A stretch of 50,778 bases of DNA from Chromera velia (taxonomy: Eukaryota): positions 1 through 50,778 of the forward strand of contig JAHBMJ010000328.1 in assembly GCA_018398765.1 (NCBI GenBank), in the 5' to 3' direction. The notes beneath the pieces are model-generated. The model worked only from the letters and a program-made list of their open reading frames with translations, searched no databases and was not told the origin of the DNA. A program made the translations under genes and the position numbers. Shown in pieces: positions 13,408 to 24,307 of the stretch (its first letter is position 1; the number at the start of each line of letters is the position of its first letter).

Positions 13408-14304
13408 CACGCATGCTGAGTGCGAAACACTGGCAACGGGGTCAGACGGATGAGGTTTTCTCCCTTTTTGGGAAGTAACTCGCGGAATGGGGACAAAACC
13501 AAGCCAGGCTACCGTTTTTACCCATCTCTTCAGCCGTCTCCGTCATTCTACCAGCGTCTGCCTCAAAACAGGCAGGCTAGAAGGAGCTTTGAGGCGAGAT
13601 ATGAAGGTGAAAGGGCGCAACCTAACCTAGCCTATCAGAATGAAGGTTCTTTGGCTCTTCTTTCTTCTGATTGAGCTAGATTTCGGCAGAAAGAGGACAA
13701 GGCCACGCGTTCTATATGAGCATGTAAGACCATTCTGCTTTGCCGCAGGAATTCAGTGAGTGACCGTCACAGGAAAGCCGTTCTTGCCTATGTTATTTTC
13801 TTTCATAGGAGAAGACTACCCTAGCAGTGTGTCCAGCTGCGTATTGAACCAGCTGAACGTTAGACGCTCATTTATAGGCCAATAGCGATGGTGAATGATA
13901 ATGATATATGATGATGAGACAGACTCGGATTCAATGATGTTATCATGTTAATTCGATTTCTGATCTTATTTCATCTCAATTCCATAAAATGTTTTAACAT
14001 GGATGTATCTTAAATTTTTGATGAGCGGTTTCACTTAATTAATTATTCATCAGTTTTTTTTCTTTAGTTTTTACTGCTTGTACATGTATACTCACGACGA
14101 TATATCGATACACGACGAGTTATGACTTAAAGAACCCACAAGGCGGTACGTACCTAGGGACTACCTGGTCCTGGGGTCCAGGGAGTCTTTTTTTAGATAG
14201 GCAGATCTCCGTGGCGCGGAAGGTGCCACGGGCAGTTCTCGGTGGGCAGTTTGTTCACTCTATATATTTTAGGGCGAAGATGAGGAACAGTTTAAAATTT
14301 TTTT

Positions 14305-14577
14305 TCAGGGACAAATCGATCTTGGCCACAAGGCGGGACGCCCAACGTCATCCAACAGACCCGACCCTGTCGCGAAGACAGTCATGATCTTCACGGCGTC
14401 AAACCGGGGGGTGTCCTTGGCGACGAAGGCGGAGTAGCCACAGAGCAGAACGGCGATCATCAGAAACAGTGCGACTGCCCACCCCAGTGTCCCCTTTCTG
14501 TCAGCACATTCACGGCAGCGAACCTCACTCCCATTCCTCAGCAAGTACCATCCGTCCTTGCACTCATTGCACAGAGG
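14305..14577 (-). pseudogene. Exon fragment of a Cys-rich transmembrane protein
   Basis: After a CAG acceptor it reads PLCNECKDGWY..CRECAD, then a TM helix (LGWAVALFLMIAVLLCGYSAFVA) and VKIMTVF. This resembles the GPLC..C..G.Y-C..C-TM module of protist membrane proteins. It ends abruptly near 14340-14305. Confidence 0.5.
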
Positions 14578-14600
14578 CTGCACGCACACACACACGCACA

Positions 14601-14653
<53 letters not shown>

Positions 14654-14838
14654 AGAGACACAGACACAGACACACACACACACACTCTCTCACACACACA
14701 AAATTAAAATCAATAGACAGGGGGCGGGAAAAGGAGGTGCAAGAACACGCTGTCAGCCTGAGGATTGCACCAACACGAGTACAGGGAAGGGAGGCAGCAC
14801 AGAAAAGGAAAGAGGCCACGGACGGACGGACCGCTCGC

Positions 14839-15211
14839 CCATGCAGACTCTCCAGACCAGCACGATCCTGTGAACAGAGAGCCGTCATCCTGCAGTGACA
14901 ACACGAAAGGAGAACAAACAAGAACGGAGAGGGGCGGAGAAGAGGTAGAGACAGAGAGAGCACTGGTGTTTGCGTGAGCACAAAGAAAGCAAGAAACCCG
15001 TCTTATATGCATATGGAAACTGTTAAGTGGATGGACCATTCCACTTTTGCCAAAGAAGCACTGCTTAGTTTTGACCGCTAATTTTGTTTCTTTAAGAGCC
15101 GCACGCAGAGAAACATACCCCCACACATTCAAGACAGAATCTCACTCTCGCTCGCTCTAATTCTCGCTCTCGCTCTCTGAGACTCTCTCTCTCTCTCTCT
15201 TTCTCTCTTTC

Positions 15212-15287
<76 letters not shown>

Positions 15288-15594
15288 CTCAGAGAGAGAG
15301 GATCGGAGACAAAGAAACAGAGAGATACAGACAGAGAGAGACAGAGAAGCGCGCAGGGACAAAGTTGCTAGCTGACTCACTCACTCGCTGACCGACCGAC
15401 GTACTGTCGAGGCCTCGAGCATCAAGAAGGTCCTGTTCAAATTCAGAATTAAAAGAGATTACGGAGAATCATTGAAGACATGAAAGCAGTATGAAGAACA
15501 CACAGAGCAGAGAAGCTCACATAAACAGACGAAAACAGCGAGGGGAAGGAAAGAGCTCAGCGAGTGACACAACGCACCCTTCCACCCCTCTGAT

Positions 15595-15631
<37 letters not shown>

Positions 15632-15706
15632 ATTAAGCATACACACACAAGCATATATACACACACATATACACACACAAGCATACACACGCGCGCGCGC
15701 TCACAG

Positions 15707-15738
<32 letters not shown>

Positions 15739-16328
15739 AGCACCTTGTAGACAAAATGCGAGTCGTCCTTCTTCAAATGGGGGTCGTGAAGTATGACCCC
15801 TCTCCTCTCCATATCGTCCAGCTTCTTCATCATTCCCTCAGGATCGGGGAACCGATATGGGTCCCACGTCCAGTATCTGCAGTCAATTTAAATTAATTTT
15901 TCAGGACATACACCCTTGTACATACACACGCAACGCAGGCAGATAGAACTGGGACTCATTCACTCATGCGATCGGCCAGTGAGTCAGTCACCAAGTCGGT
16001 TCTTCTGTGTGCATGCACTGAAAACAGCGTCCCACCAAGTCCATGCAGAATCTCATCGTTGAAGAGATCCATACACACCCACTCCCTGTTATGGTCTCTC
16101 CTTCCGCTGTCATGGTGTCTTCCCTTCCCTTCGCTTCTCTCGTACCTCTTCCCGTCTGTGTGTCCGATGTCCATCCACACTGTGTCGACAGGGATCCCCA
16201 GACTGTCAAAGCCGTCGGTCCAGTCCCGCACGTCCTTCTGCAGTCAGTCAGTCAGTCAGTCAGTCGAGGAGTGGAGTCTTTTGATGACTAATGGCTAGTC
16301 TGTCAAGGAGTTTTATCGGCCCCGTTTG

Positions 16329-16378
<50 letters not shown>

Positions 16379-16751
16379 GTCTTTGCCTTTCGTGCGTGTG
16401 GGTATGTTTGCATTTTGTTTGCATCTGTGCTGAGAGGGTCGGAGGGTGGGTGGGTGGTACATATGTCAGCAGATGGGCTTTCGGTTGCTCGTGGCTTCAG
16501 TCTGAGCACAATCAAAACAGGCAGTGCGAATTCACCTGTTTCCTTCCTCAGATCTCTGATGAAATACAGCGAGACGAACGAGACCGCCTGACCGAAAGAA
16601 TCCCGTCGTCCCATGGAGTTGCATGCCTCGAGAGAGAGAGATCTGCGGGAGAGGGCCCCGAGAGGAGACAGATCACAGGAAGGAAAGGGGAGGGGAGAAA
16701 AAGTGGAGCGATCTTTCGGGTTAGGCAACATGAATGCGATTCAGAACAACG

Positions 16752-16791
<40 letters not shown>

Positions 16792-17976
16792 CAAATGCCA
16801 AAGGACATATTCAATCGTGTGATTGAAGTGAACAAACGAAGACACGACGTGAGGGAGGAAGTACAGAAACCAAATCAGAGAGGGCTACACGCAAGTTAGT
16901 GAAAATCAGTTGCTAAAATGCACATCAAGAGAAACGGTCAAAGAAGAGAAAAGGACAGAAAGTCAACCAGACAGACCGCTAAGAGCTTGAGCCGACGGAG
17001 GAAAGAAAAACAAATCCCTCAAACAACCGACCGACCGAGAAAAGCTCACAGATCCAGAGAACCGGACTCAGAAGTCCACCAGCTGTGTGCCCCCTTTTCT
17101 CCTTTCTGCAAGTCTACCGTTGTTCGAAAAGACACCAGAGAACTGAGCGCCCTTCTTTGTCTCGTGCCGCACTGCCAAGAAAGGAACAGACCCGTATGTA
17201 CACGTGTGTGGGTTTTCTTTCTTTCCATATTCGTCCACATTGAAGAGTCTGTAGCCGGAAGAAACAGGGAGAAAGAGTCGTGTGGGTGAATGGGCACGAA
17301 GAATCGCCAACAAAAAACAGAATGCAGTTTCAGAAGACATCCCTTTGCAAAAAGCAAATGACGTTGCACGAACGGCAAGAATCGCGAAAGGAAGAGAACA
17401 ACGGCAGAGGAAAACCAGACGACATGCACAGAGACCAACGGACAGAGGGGCGAAATAGACCGACCTACCTGTAGGGTTCGTCTCCGAAGAGAATTTCCAA
17501 ATCCGTGTAGTGAGAAGGAAGCCCAGAGGCGTTTCTTCCTGCAGCAGACGGGAGGGAGGGTTGGAAAAAGGGAGAGAGGGTGGAAAGGAGGTAAATTGAA
17601 TCAAGGAAAGGTCTGGAGGAACCGAAAGGATACAAAGCACAGATCTAGCTGCACATGGACAAAAAAGGACAGACGGAAAAGTTTGACTTCAGTGGAGGAG
17701 GTAAATAAGCAGGGAGACAGGCAAGCAAAATAGTGAATGTGGTTCTGCTGAAGGAAGGAAGGAAGGAAGGAAGGGAGGAAGAAAGAAAAAAAGAAACAAA
17801 GAAAGAAACAAAGAAGGAAAGAAAGAAAGAAAGAAAGAAAGGAAGGAAGAAAGGAAGAAAGGAAGAAAGAAACAAAGAACGAAAGAAAGGAAGAAAGGAA
17901 GAAAGAAAGAAAGAAAGAAAGAAAGGAAGAAAGGAAGAAAGAAACAAAGAAGGAAAGAAAGGAAGAAAGGAAGAAA

Positions 17977-18040
<64 letters not shown>

Positions 18041-18440
18041 AAGATCACAAAAGACGCCGGGAAGGAGGGACACACAAGTGATAGAGGTGACGGGCAGGAA
18101 AGGGAAGGAGAGAGGGAAAGCAGGCTTGAGGGAGAGGGGACAAAAGACAGAGACTCAGACAGAGAAAGAGAGTGCACCTCCAGTGAGGGAAAAAAAGTAA
18201 CACAAACGGGAACCGTTTTCCTATCAGAAGAAAAAAAAGCAACGCAAATCTCAGAACAGGGGCAAAACAATTCTCTGACCGACCAACCCACCTCCAACGA
18301 AGGTGACGACAATGGCGACAGACGATGGTCCCTTCTGATTGGTGTCTATCACGTCAGGAGGGCCCCGTTTTCCGAAAGGGTCGGACACATGCTCCCATCC
18401 CTCCCCCGAGACTTTAGACGAGACTACAACTGCATGTCCT
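14839..18440 (-). pseudogene. Truncated, frameshifted glycoside hydrolase family 31 (glucosidase II alpha-like) gene
   Basis: Exons: ~18440-18295 (DTNQKGPSSVAIVVTF), ~17538-17468 (GLPSH..GDEPYR), ~17248-17050 (LFNVD..YGSVPF, frameshift at ~17125, TSESGSLDL), a degenerate GPSP piece at ~16660, 16237-16146 (IPVDTVWMDIGHTDGKR), 15876-15744 (YWTWDPYRFPDP..HDPHLK), 15432-15397, 14889-14839 (GSCWSGESAW). Collinear with GH31. The catalytic WxDMNE region and C-terminal half are absent. Confidence 0.85.
17750..18040. repeat. (GAAA)n/(GGAA)n purine microsatellite in a GH31 intron
   Basis: Directly visible. Confidence 0.95.
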
Positions 18441-18570
18441 TGTCTTTGCACTTCGGCCTATTGCGCTTTGTGCGTCTCACTGTCCCTAGCCCTGACCAAA
18501 TCTATCAGGGAATATGAGGTCTAAAACCACAGACCCCAGAGTACCCACGGCTCCGTGCACACCGGGGTAT

Positions 18571-18950
18571 AATGGAAGGCTTCCCCTTATTGAGGCCCTG
18601 ATAGGGGGTGACCGTGATTCAGAGTCTGAGAGTGAGTCAGGTTCTGAGACTGAGTCAGAATCTCAGACTGGCACTCTGATTCCCAGAATTGTTACCTTAC
18701 TTCTAAACGGAGGAGCAGATTCGAATGAAATCGGTCTGCTCATCGATGATGACCGTCATCCCGACGTCGGTCTGCAGTCTTGCCCTCTCAAAGGCTGTTT
18801 CGCAACCTCCCTGCAGGCGCTCGTACACCGATACTATATGTGGGAGATATACCATTGCAGGGGTTTTGAACGGGACAGAAACGAATTTAGGGAGCTCGCA
18901 AAGCTCCTGATTGATCACGGAGCTCGCTGCCCCGCGCCGCCTGCTTCCTC
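18571..18950 (+). pseudogene. Ankyrin-like repeat fragment; displaced 3' continuation of the minus-strand gene at 19259-22006
   Basis: Reads NGRLPLIEAL..LLLNGGADSNEIG..TSLQAL..ELAKLLIDHGARCP. This parallels the upstream repeat RVPLIESL..QWGADPNQWG..TSLQAA..ETAQLLISHGAKCP of that gene and begins at the residue where it breaks off. Confidence 0.75.
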
Positions 18951-19007
18951 TTTTACACAAATGAACGCTCTTGGCGTCTCCTTCTCCCCCCCCTCTTTAC
19001 CCCTCTC

Positions 19008-19116
19008 TTAGACAAATTAACGCCTTCGGCCTCCGTCGGCCTCTCCCTGTCCCCCCTCTGTTTTAGACAAATTAACGCCTTCGGCCTCCGTCGGCCTCTC
19101 CCTGCCCCCCCCCCCC
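19008..19116 (+). repeat. ~55-bp tandem repeat x2 running into the scaffold gap
   Basis: ttagacaaattaacgccttcggcctccgtcggcctctccctg(t/c)cccccc at 19008 and 19063. Confidence 0.85.
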
Positions 19117-19136
19117 NNNNNNNNNNNNNNNNNNNN
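19117..19136. other. Assembly gap (20 N) flanked by poly-C
   Basis: N run visible. Confidence 1.
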
Positions 19137-19258
19137 CCCCCCCCTGGCCAGCACTACGGCCCAAAAAACTTAGCCTACCTCCCCCCGTCTTTTAGCGCTA
19201 CGGGGCTGGCTCCAGACGGGGGGGTAAGGGTAGTCCATATAGGATTATACACCCCTAT

Positions 19259-22006
19259 CTTCCATTGCGTTTTTCTCCCCCTACCGTCAAAGACTCTCCT
19301 CCCACTGCCGCCCCCCTCTCCAAAAGAGCTTCCACCGTCTGATGCAAGTCCAGTTGACAAGCCAGAGACAAAACGGAGGGGCTGCCTGTCCAACCTTTCG
19401 GTGCACTCAGCCTGACACCCCTCTCAATGAGCGCTTTTGCCCCCTCATCCCACTTGTTTTCGATGGCCGTAAAGAGGGGCCACCTCTTGTTTCTCCAAAC
19501 GAAAGCGCTTCTGCGTTCGCGTCCCCAATCTTGTTCGGGTGTTTCTAACTCCTTCAAAGGGACAACTCGAATGATCTCTAGAAAAAGGTCTTCGGGGATC
19601 TCAGGCTTCTTTTCATATGGGTACCTATAGTCCGACCCGAAGTGGATCAGATCACCCAGCCACGACCCAGAACCCCACACGGGAGGCTGAGGATAGGTGG
19701 GCCATCCCGAAGAGAGACGAGAGATGTCTGCTCCCAGCTCCTGACAGAAAGAGAGCCAGGAGAGGGTGATTGAGGAAAGGAGAGTCAAAACAGGAAAGAA
19801 AAGCAGGTTGTCAATTCCATGCGACAATTCTCACACACGTTACTGCCAAAGCTGCTTGCTTCTGTCCTAACTAAACTGCCATATTACTGCATTCATCCGC
19901 GGTTCCGCATCGCAGTGCCTCTTTCCCACGTACCCACACGAATGCACTGACGATGCACAAGGTACGCAAGCCAAAAAAAAGTCACTGAATCACAAGACTA
20001 TACAAAACCAGTGGCCAGAAGAGCAAATATGCTGAAGCAACACGTTGCACCAGAACGTACCAGAGAGACAGAAGCACGTCAGGTTCGGCAACAAGTTTTT
20101 TATCTTTCTCACCAACCTTCAGGAGCATCTGAGCGAAGCACCAGTAGCGCTTCATCTCCCGCTCTGGCTGATCACGGCCATGCGGCATCTGCGGGCCCAC
20201 TCTCCTGCTCGCTAGGACAGCTGCAAGTGGAGACCATACCTCCCACTCCTGATCTCCTAACCACACAGTGCCGCCGGAGTTGATATCCGCACCCCCTTCT
20301 GTACACAGAAGGCGCACAAGCTTATCATCTCGACAAAAGCACGCAGCCAACAAAGGCGAAGTTCTGCTGCGAACGGGCCGGCCTCTACCGGAGCTCACCG
20401 CGTCTCCGTCACCTACTTCTGAAGAGCTTATCTCGGGGCATTTAGCGCCGTGACTGATCAACAGCTGCGCCGTCTCCAAAACGTTATCTCAGACTGGGAG
20501 CTGGTGCACAACGCTCCCAAAAATTCTCGAGCTCTTCCGATTTAGCTGAACGGCCGCTTGCAGAGAAGTGCAGAGGTAGGCCCTCCCTTTGTACCTCCAG
20601 ACGCCCCACTGGTTCGGGTCTGCCCCCCACTGGACACAGATGGACATCAGAGGCAGACAACCGAGCGACTCAATCAGCGGCACTCTGCACATCCCTCCCT
20701 TCCCCGGAACCCCCCCCACTGCCGCACCCTGCTGCAGAAGAAACTCAGCACATAACTTCAGCCTGCGACGACAGCAGATAGAAAGAAGAGAGTATCCGTC
20801 CTCATCTAACCCCACCCTCGCGAAGTCCACGCCACTCTTTCCCAACACCTTCAAAACTGACAGGCATCTGCTGTCGGATACTCTAGATACTGCCGCAAAA
20901 GGGAGAGACTGATCGGCAGCTCTCAGTTCTTTTTGGACCTCTAGAATAACCCTCGCCGTCTCGGCCTCACCGCAAAGCACCGCCAAATGCAGTGCCGTTT
21001 TTTCGGAGGCGCATCTAGGGGAGGAGATGGCGGGATCGTAACACTGTTTGACAATGACAGTCCAGTGGAGACAGCCGGCCTCCTTCGAGGCTTTTGCAAT
21101 GCGTCGAAGCACAGAGAACCTCAAGGCGTCTCCATTCTCCCCCCCCCCCTGCTCCTTCTGCGCCACCTCCTCCTCTGACTATCTTTCATTCTGAGATTCA
21201 CTTTCATTCTCAGATTCACTTTCATCCTCGGATTCACTATCACTACCCCCCTCTGATTCCCCTTCCCCCGACCTTTTGCGACTGTGCTTCCATGTTGTCG
21301 GGACAAACGCGTGCAGGGGGGTCCTTCCGGCACGTGAAAATTTCAGAGGGAAAATTGAATTTCGTCGTCTATCAGCCCCCCACTCACACACGTCCACCCG
21401 CGCGCCCGCCTCTATGAGCGTCTCAACGCAATCAAATTTTCGGGCATCGATCAGGGCAGTGATGAGGGGTCTCGCGACCGGGGTCCTCTTCTTCGAGACC
21501 GGCTCTGCCCCCACCAAGACCCAGGCATTTGGGTGCACAGCCCCGTTTTTCAACAGAACACTGAGGCTCTCTCGTGTGAGCGTGGAGATGCAACCCTCCG
21601 GCATTTCAGGGGAGAAGGGAGTGGTGCAATTCTTTGACAAAAACTCCACGCATTTCAGACTCTGTGGGGGACTCAGAGGTGGAACGGATGAGAGGGTGCG
21701 GTCTCGGAGTTGAAACAGCCGTCTCAGGAGAAAAGGGTAACGAGCAGAGACTTCCTTCAGCGAAAACAGCTGCTGAAGGGCACACACATTGTCCCACTTG
21801 AAGCAAGACTCAAGGAAACGCCAGATTTCCTCTCTCTCCGACATGGTATCAAAACCGGCGCACACACCCCAAATGCTGCCGTCTCTCAAGCCAACAAATT
21901 CCTTGCTGAGCGAGGTGACCTTCCAAAAGCCACCAAGCCCCAACAGGCCTGAAGCCAGAAGGATCTCAGGCACCTGAGAATCCGAGAAGGGAAAGGCTTC
22001 TTTCAT
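19259..22006 (-). pseudogene. Ankyrin-repeat-like protein pseudogene (possible F-box-like N-terminus)
   Basis: ORFs 22006-21179, 21166-20489 and 20479- share one frame, separated only by TAG (21181-21179) and TGA (20491-20489). Intron ~20116-19741; last exon ~19740-19259. Ankyrin-like motifs: LIEAGARVD, GRTPLHA, KTALHLAVLCG, SPLLAAC..GGADIN, PLFTAI..ALIERG, LSLAC..VEALLERGA. Confidence 0.8.
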
Positions 22007-22319
22007 CAGAGATCACAGACAGACGACGGACCCGATGGGGGAGAGAGAGACTTGCGTATCAAAACGAGCGCCTTTGAAATTTTCCAAATATCCACAGAGC
22101 TCCTTCTCACAAGGCTGGTATAAGGCCAGTTGGGAGCGATGAGTTGAAGCCAGGGCGTGTGGGCAAGCTAAGCGTGAACCCAGGTTCAGTCGAAAAAAAC
22201 GTATACCAAGTAGGAATTCAATTTGTAGGCCGGATTGCATGAAGGATCGAATGCATGGATATTATTAATAATAACGTCCGGAGACGGCAGTATATCGATG
22301 TGTATAAAGCTGGGACTCC

Positions 22320-22440
22320 CATTGCATGTGCCCCATTGTGCCCCCGGCCGCGCCCCCGCGCGGGCCCCGCGGCCCCCCCATGCATGCATACACTAGAAAC
22401 GGCAGCTAGGCCATGCTATGGCCATGCTAGGCCGCACGCA
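22320..22440. promoter_or_regulatory. GC-rich core with TGCATGCA between the divergent ankyrin-like and GT14 genes
   Basis: Pure GC tract ~22340-22379, TGCATGCA at 22381-22388, repeated GGCCATGCTA. Lies between two divergent starts. Confidence 0.55.
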
Positions 22441-22897
22441 AATTGTACGCATATCTTTGGCTCTATCGTCTGGAACATGTCTGGAACGAACCGGAGATTT
22501 GCAGTCTGAACTGGATTGCCCACAACGCGTCGCCTCGAGTCTTTCTCTCTATATAAGAAGAAAGGCAGAGTAAGAAAGATCGGCCCATGAATCCTGGACT
22601 TTTGGATATCTCAAATGGACCATAGAGGTAACAAGCAGAGCTTGATTTGCAAAGGGGTTCCGACCTGCTTCGGAGACGCAACAAAATAGAGAATTGGTGT
22701 TGGCGTTGGGAGAAGACACATTTACTGCTGACCAGCGTCTTTGGGAAAAGAATATTCAAGCCATCCTTTCGTGTTGTTTTCAGAGAACGTCCCTTCCGAT
22801 GCAAGTGTAAGCAAAGCACGGGGGCGAGTGGTCTTTCCTCTTCTGAAAATTTCTTTTTAGCAAGAACTGGTATCCTCTTCTTTTCGGTCTTGTGATA

Positions 22898-24307
22898 ATG
22901 CGTACGGTTTCCATTTCGTGTCTGCTGGCACTCTGCACAGCGTTGTCGTCCTTCGCGCTCCTCTCCTTCGGCCTTCAGCAGAAGCGCACGGGGGATCGAT
23001 TTCAGTCTCTGGAGGGTGGAGGAGGGACGGGTGGAGAGACGCTTTCTTCCCCCGTCTCCGAGGGCAGCGGGAGACGGACGAGCAAAATTGCCTTCCTCTT
23101 TCTGGTCAGAGAGAAGGTTTTCCACCCAGATTTATGGGAGGACTTCTTCAGACACGAAGAGGACCGAGGCCTGTGGTCTCTTTACATTAACGTCGGGAAT
23201 GCGAGCGTCACTGTGGAGGACGCAAAGCGCCAAACCTCTCCCTTCATAGCCTCTCACCTGATCCGCAGGGTCGAGGCAGGCTGGGGGGCGTTGGTAGAGG
23301 CGACAAATAATTTGTACAAGGCAGCTCTAGAGGATCCCGACAATCAGATGTTTGTCTTGTTGTCTGAGAGCACGCTTCCCGTCAAACCCCTTCACTACGT
23401 GTACAACTACATCTTCTCGAACAACACGACCCCAGACGGTCTTCCCAGGAGTCTCTTTTGCCTCACCGACCAAGAAAAGCTCCCTGAGGGTATGGAGGCA
23501 AAGGCCTCTGAGTGGACTATCCTCTCCCGTAAGCACGTCGCGGTCCTCAACAGAGACCCGCCAGCAGACGAAGGGTGGTTCAGAACTCCGAGGGGAAATG
23601 TAGCAGCAGCATCGGATGAGTGGGTGTTCCTCAAAGCCCTTTTAGACAGATACGGCACAGAGAACAGAGCCGAATTCTGGAGAGAAGTCAACACCGGAAC
23701 GGACACCCCCGTCCCGCGAAGAGACTTCCCCCAGATGTGCACCACGTGGATTTGTTGGGAGACAGACCCCCGACCCCCCACCCCCACCCCCCCATCCGCA
23801 TTGGACCCCGACACCCAAGTGTCCACAGATCTCTCCTGTAACGCTGCGGGTGTTCGAAACCAACACAACGCTTACAGAGTCCCTGCAGAGTTTGATGCTC
23901 TAGAGCTGTCCTTTCTCCACCGTCTCGTGGCCCACCCTCAGTGGTTGTTTGCTCGGAAGTTCGTTCCCAGCCCTGCAGTGATGACGGGGTGCGATGCGGA
24001 GAAAGAGGGGGGGGAAGCGAGTCTCCTTGACTCTAGTGAGAAGAAGAGAAGAGAACGGAAGTGGGAGGATCTAGGTGTGCTGAGCCCAAAAGATGCCCGT
24101 GCACCCTGTCAGAGAGTCTCAGTCCCTCTGTGGCCTGACCTCTCGAACCTCACTCCACACACAGACCCCCGGCTGATTGCAAAGGAAATGGCGGCGCCTG
24201 AGAGGGCCCGATGGGGGCATAGCGAGATGAGGTTGGCGGGGGGATTCCATCCCCTTCTCGACAATTTGATGAGTTTTGTGTGGCCAAGAAATCAAGTGCA
24301 AATGTGA
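22898..24307 (+). CDS. Core-2/I-branching (GT14-like/DUF266) glycosyltransferase, single exon
   Basis: N-terminal signal anchor. Motifs KIAFLFL, LWEDFF, SLYI, WG..LVEA..L..AAL.DPDNQMFVLLSESTLP, KASEW..LSRKH, SDE, LFARKF. Ends in TGA. Confidence 0.9.
   Translation: MRTVSISCLLALCTALSSFALLSFGLQQKRTGDRFQSLEGGGGTGGETLSSPVSEGSGRRTSKIAFLFLVREKVFHPDLWEDFFRHEEDRGLWSLYINVGNASVTVEDAKRQTSPFIASHLIRRVEAGWGALVEATNNLYKAALEDPDNQMFVLLSESTLPVKPLHYVYNYIFSNNTTPDGLPRSLFCLTDQEKLPEGMEAKASEWTILSRKHVAVLNRDPPADEGWFRTPRGNVAAASDEWVFLKALLDRYGTENRAEFWREVNTGTDTPVPRRDFPQMCTTWICWETDPRPPTPTPPSALDPDTQVSTDLSCNAAGVRNQHNAYRVPAEFDALELSFLHRLVAHPQWLFARKFVPSPAVMTGCDAEKEGGEASLLDSSEKKRRERKWEDLGVLSPKDARAPCQRVSVPLWPDLSNLTPHTDPRLIAKEMAAPERARWGHSEMRLAGGFHPLLDNLMSFVWPRNQVQM

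Noticed and set aside
11450..13900. Flanks of the hAT element as a second LINE related to 2000-2932
   Set aside because: Only fragmentary resemblance (LPG..GFLTNL needing a frameshift); cannot be supported without alignment.
14150..18570. Inverted termini around the GH31 block (ctggggtc..ttttaga)
   Set aside because: Similarity is too short and gapped, and no TSD was found.
20489..21181. Stop-codon reassignment or readthrough as the cause of in-frame stops
   Set aside because: TGA and TAA terminate intact genes here (msrB, GT14, AEC, sugar porter), and internal stops of all three types are confined to TEs and pseudogenes.
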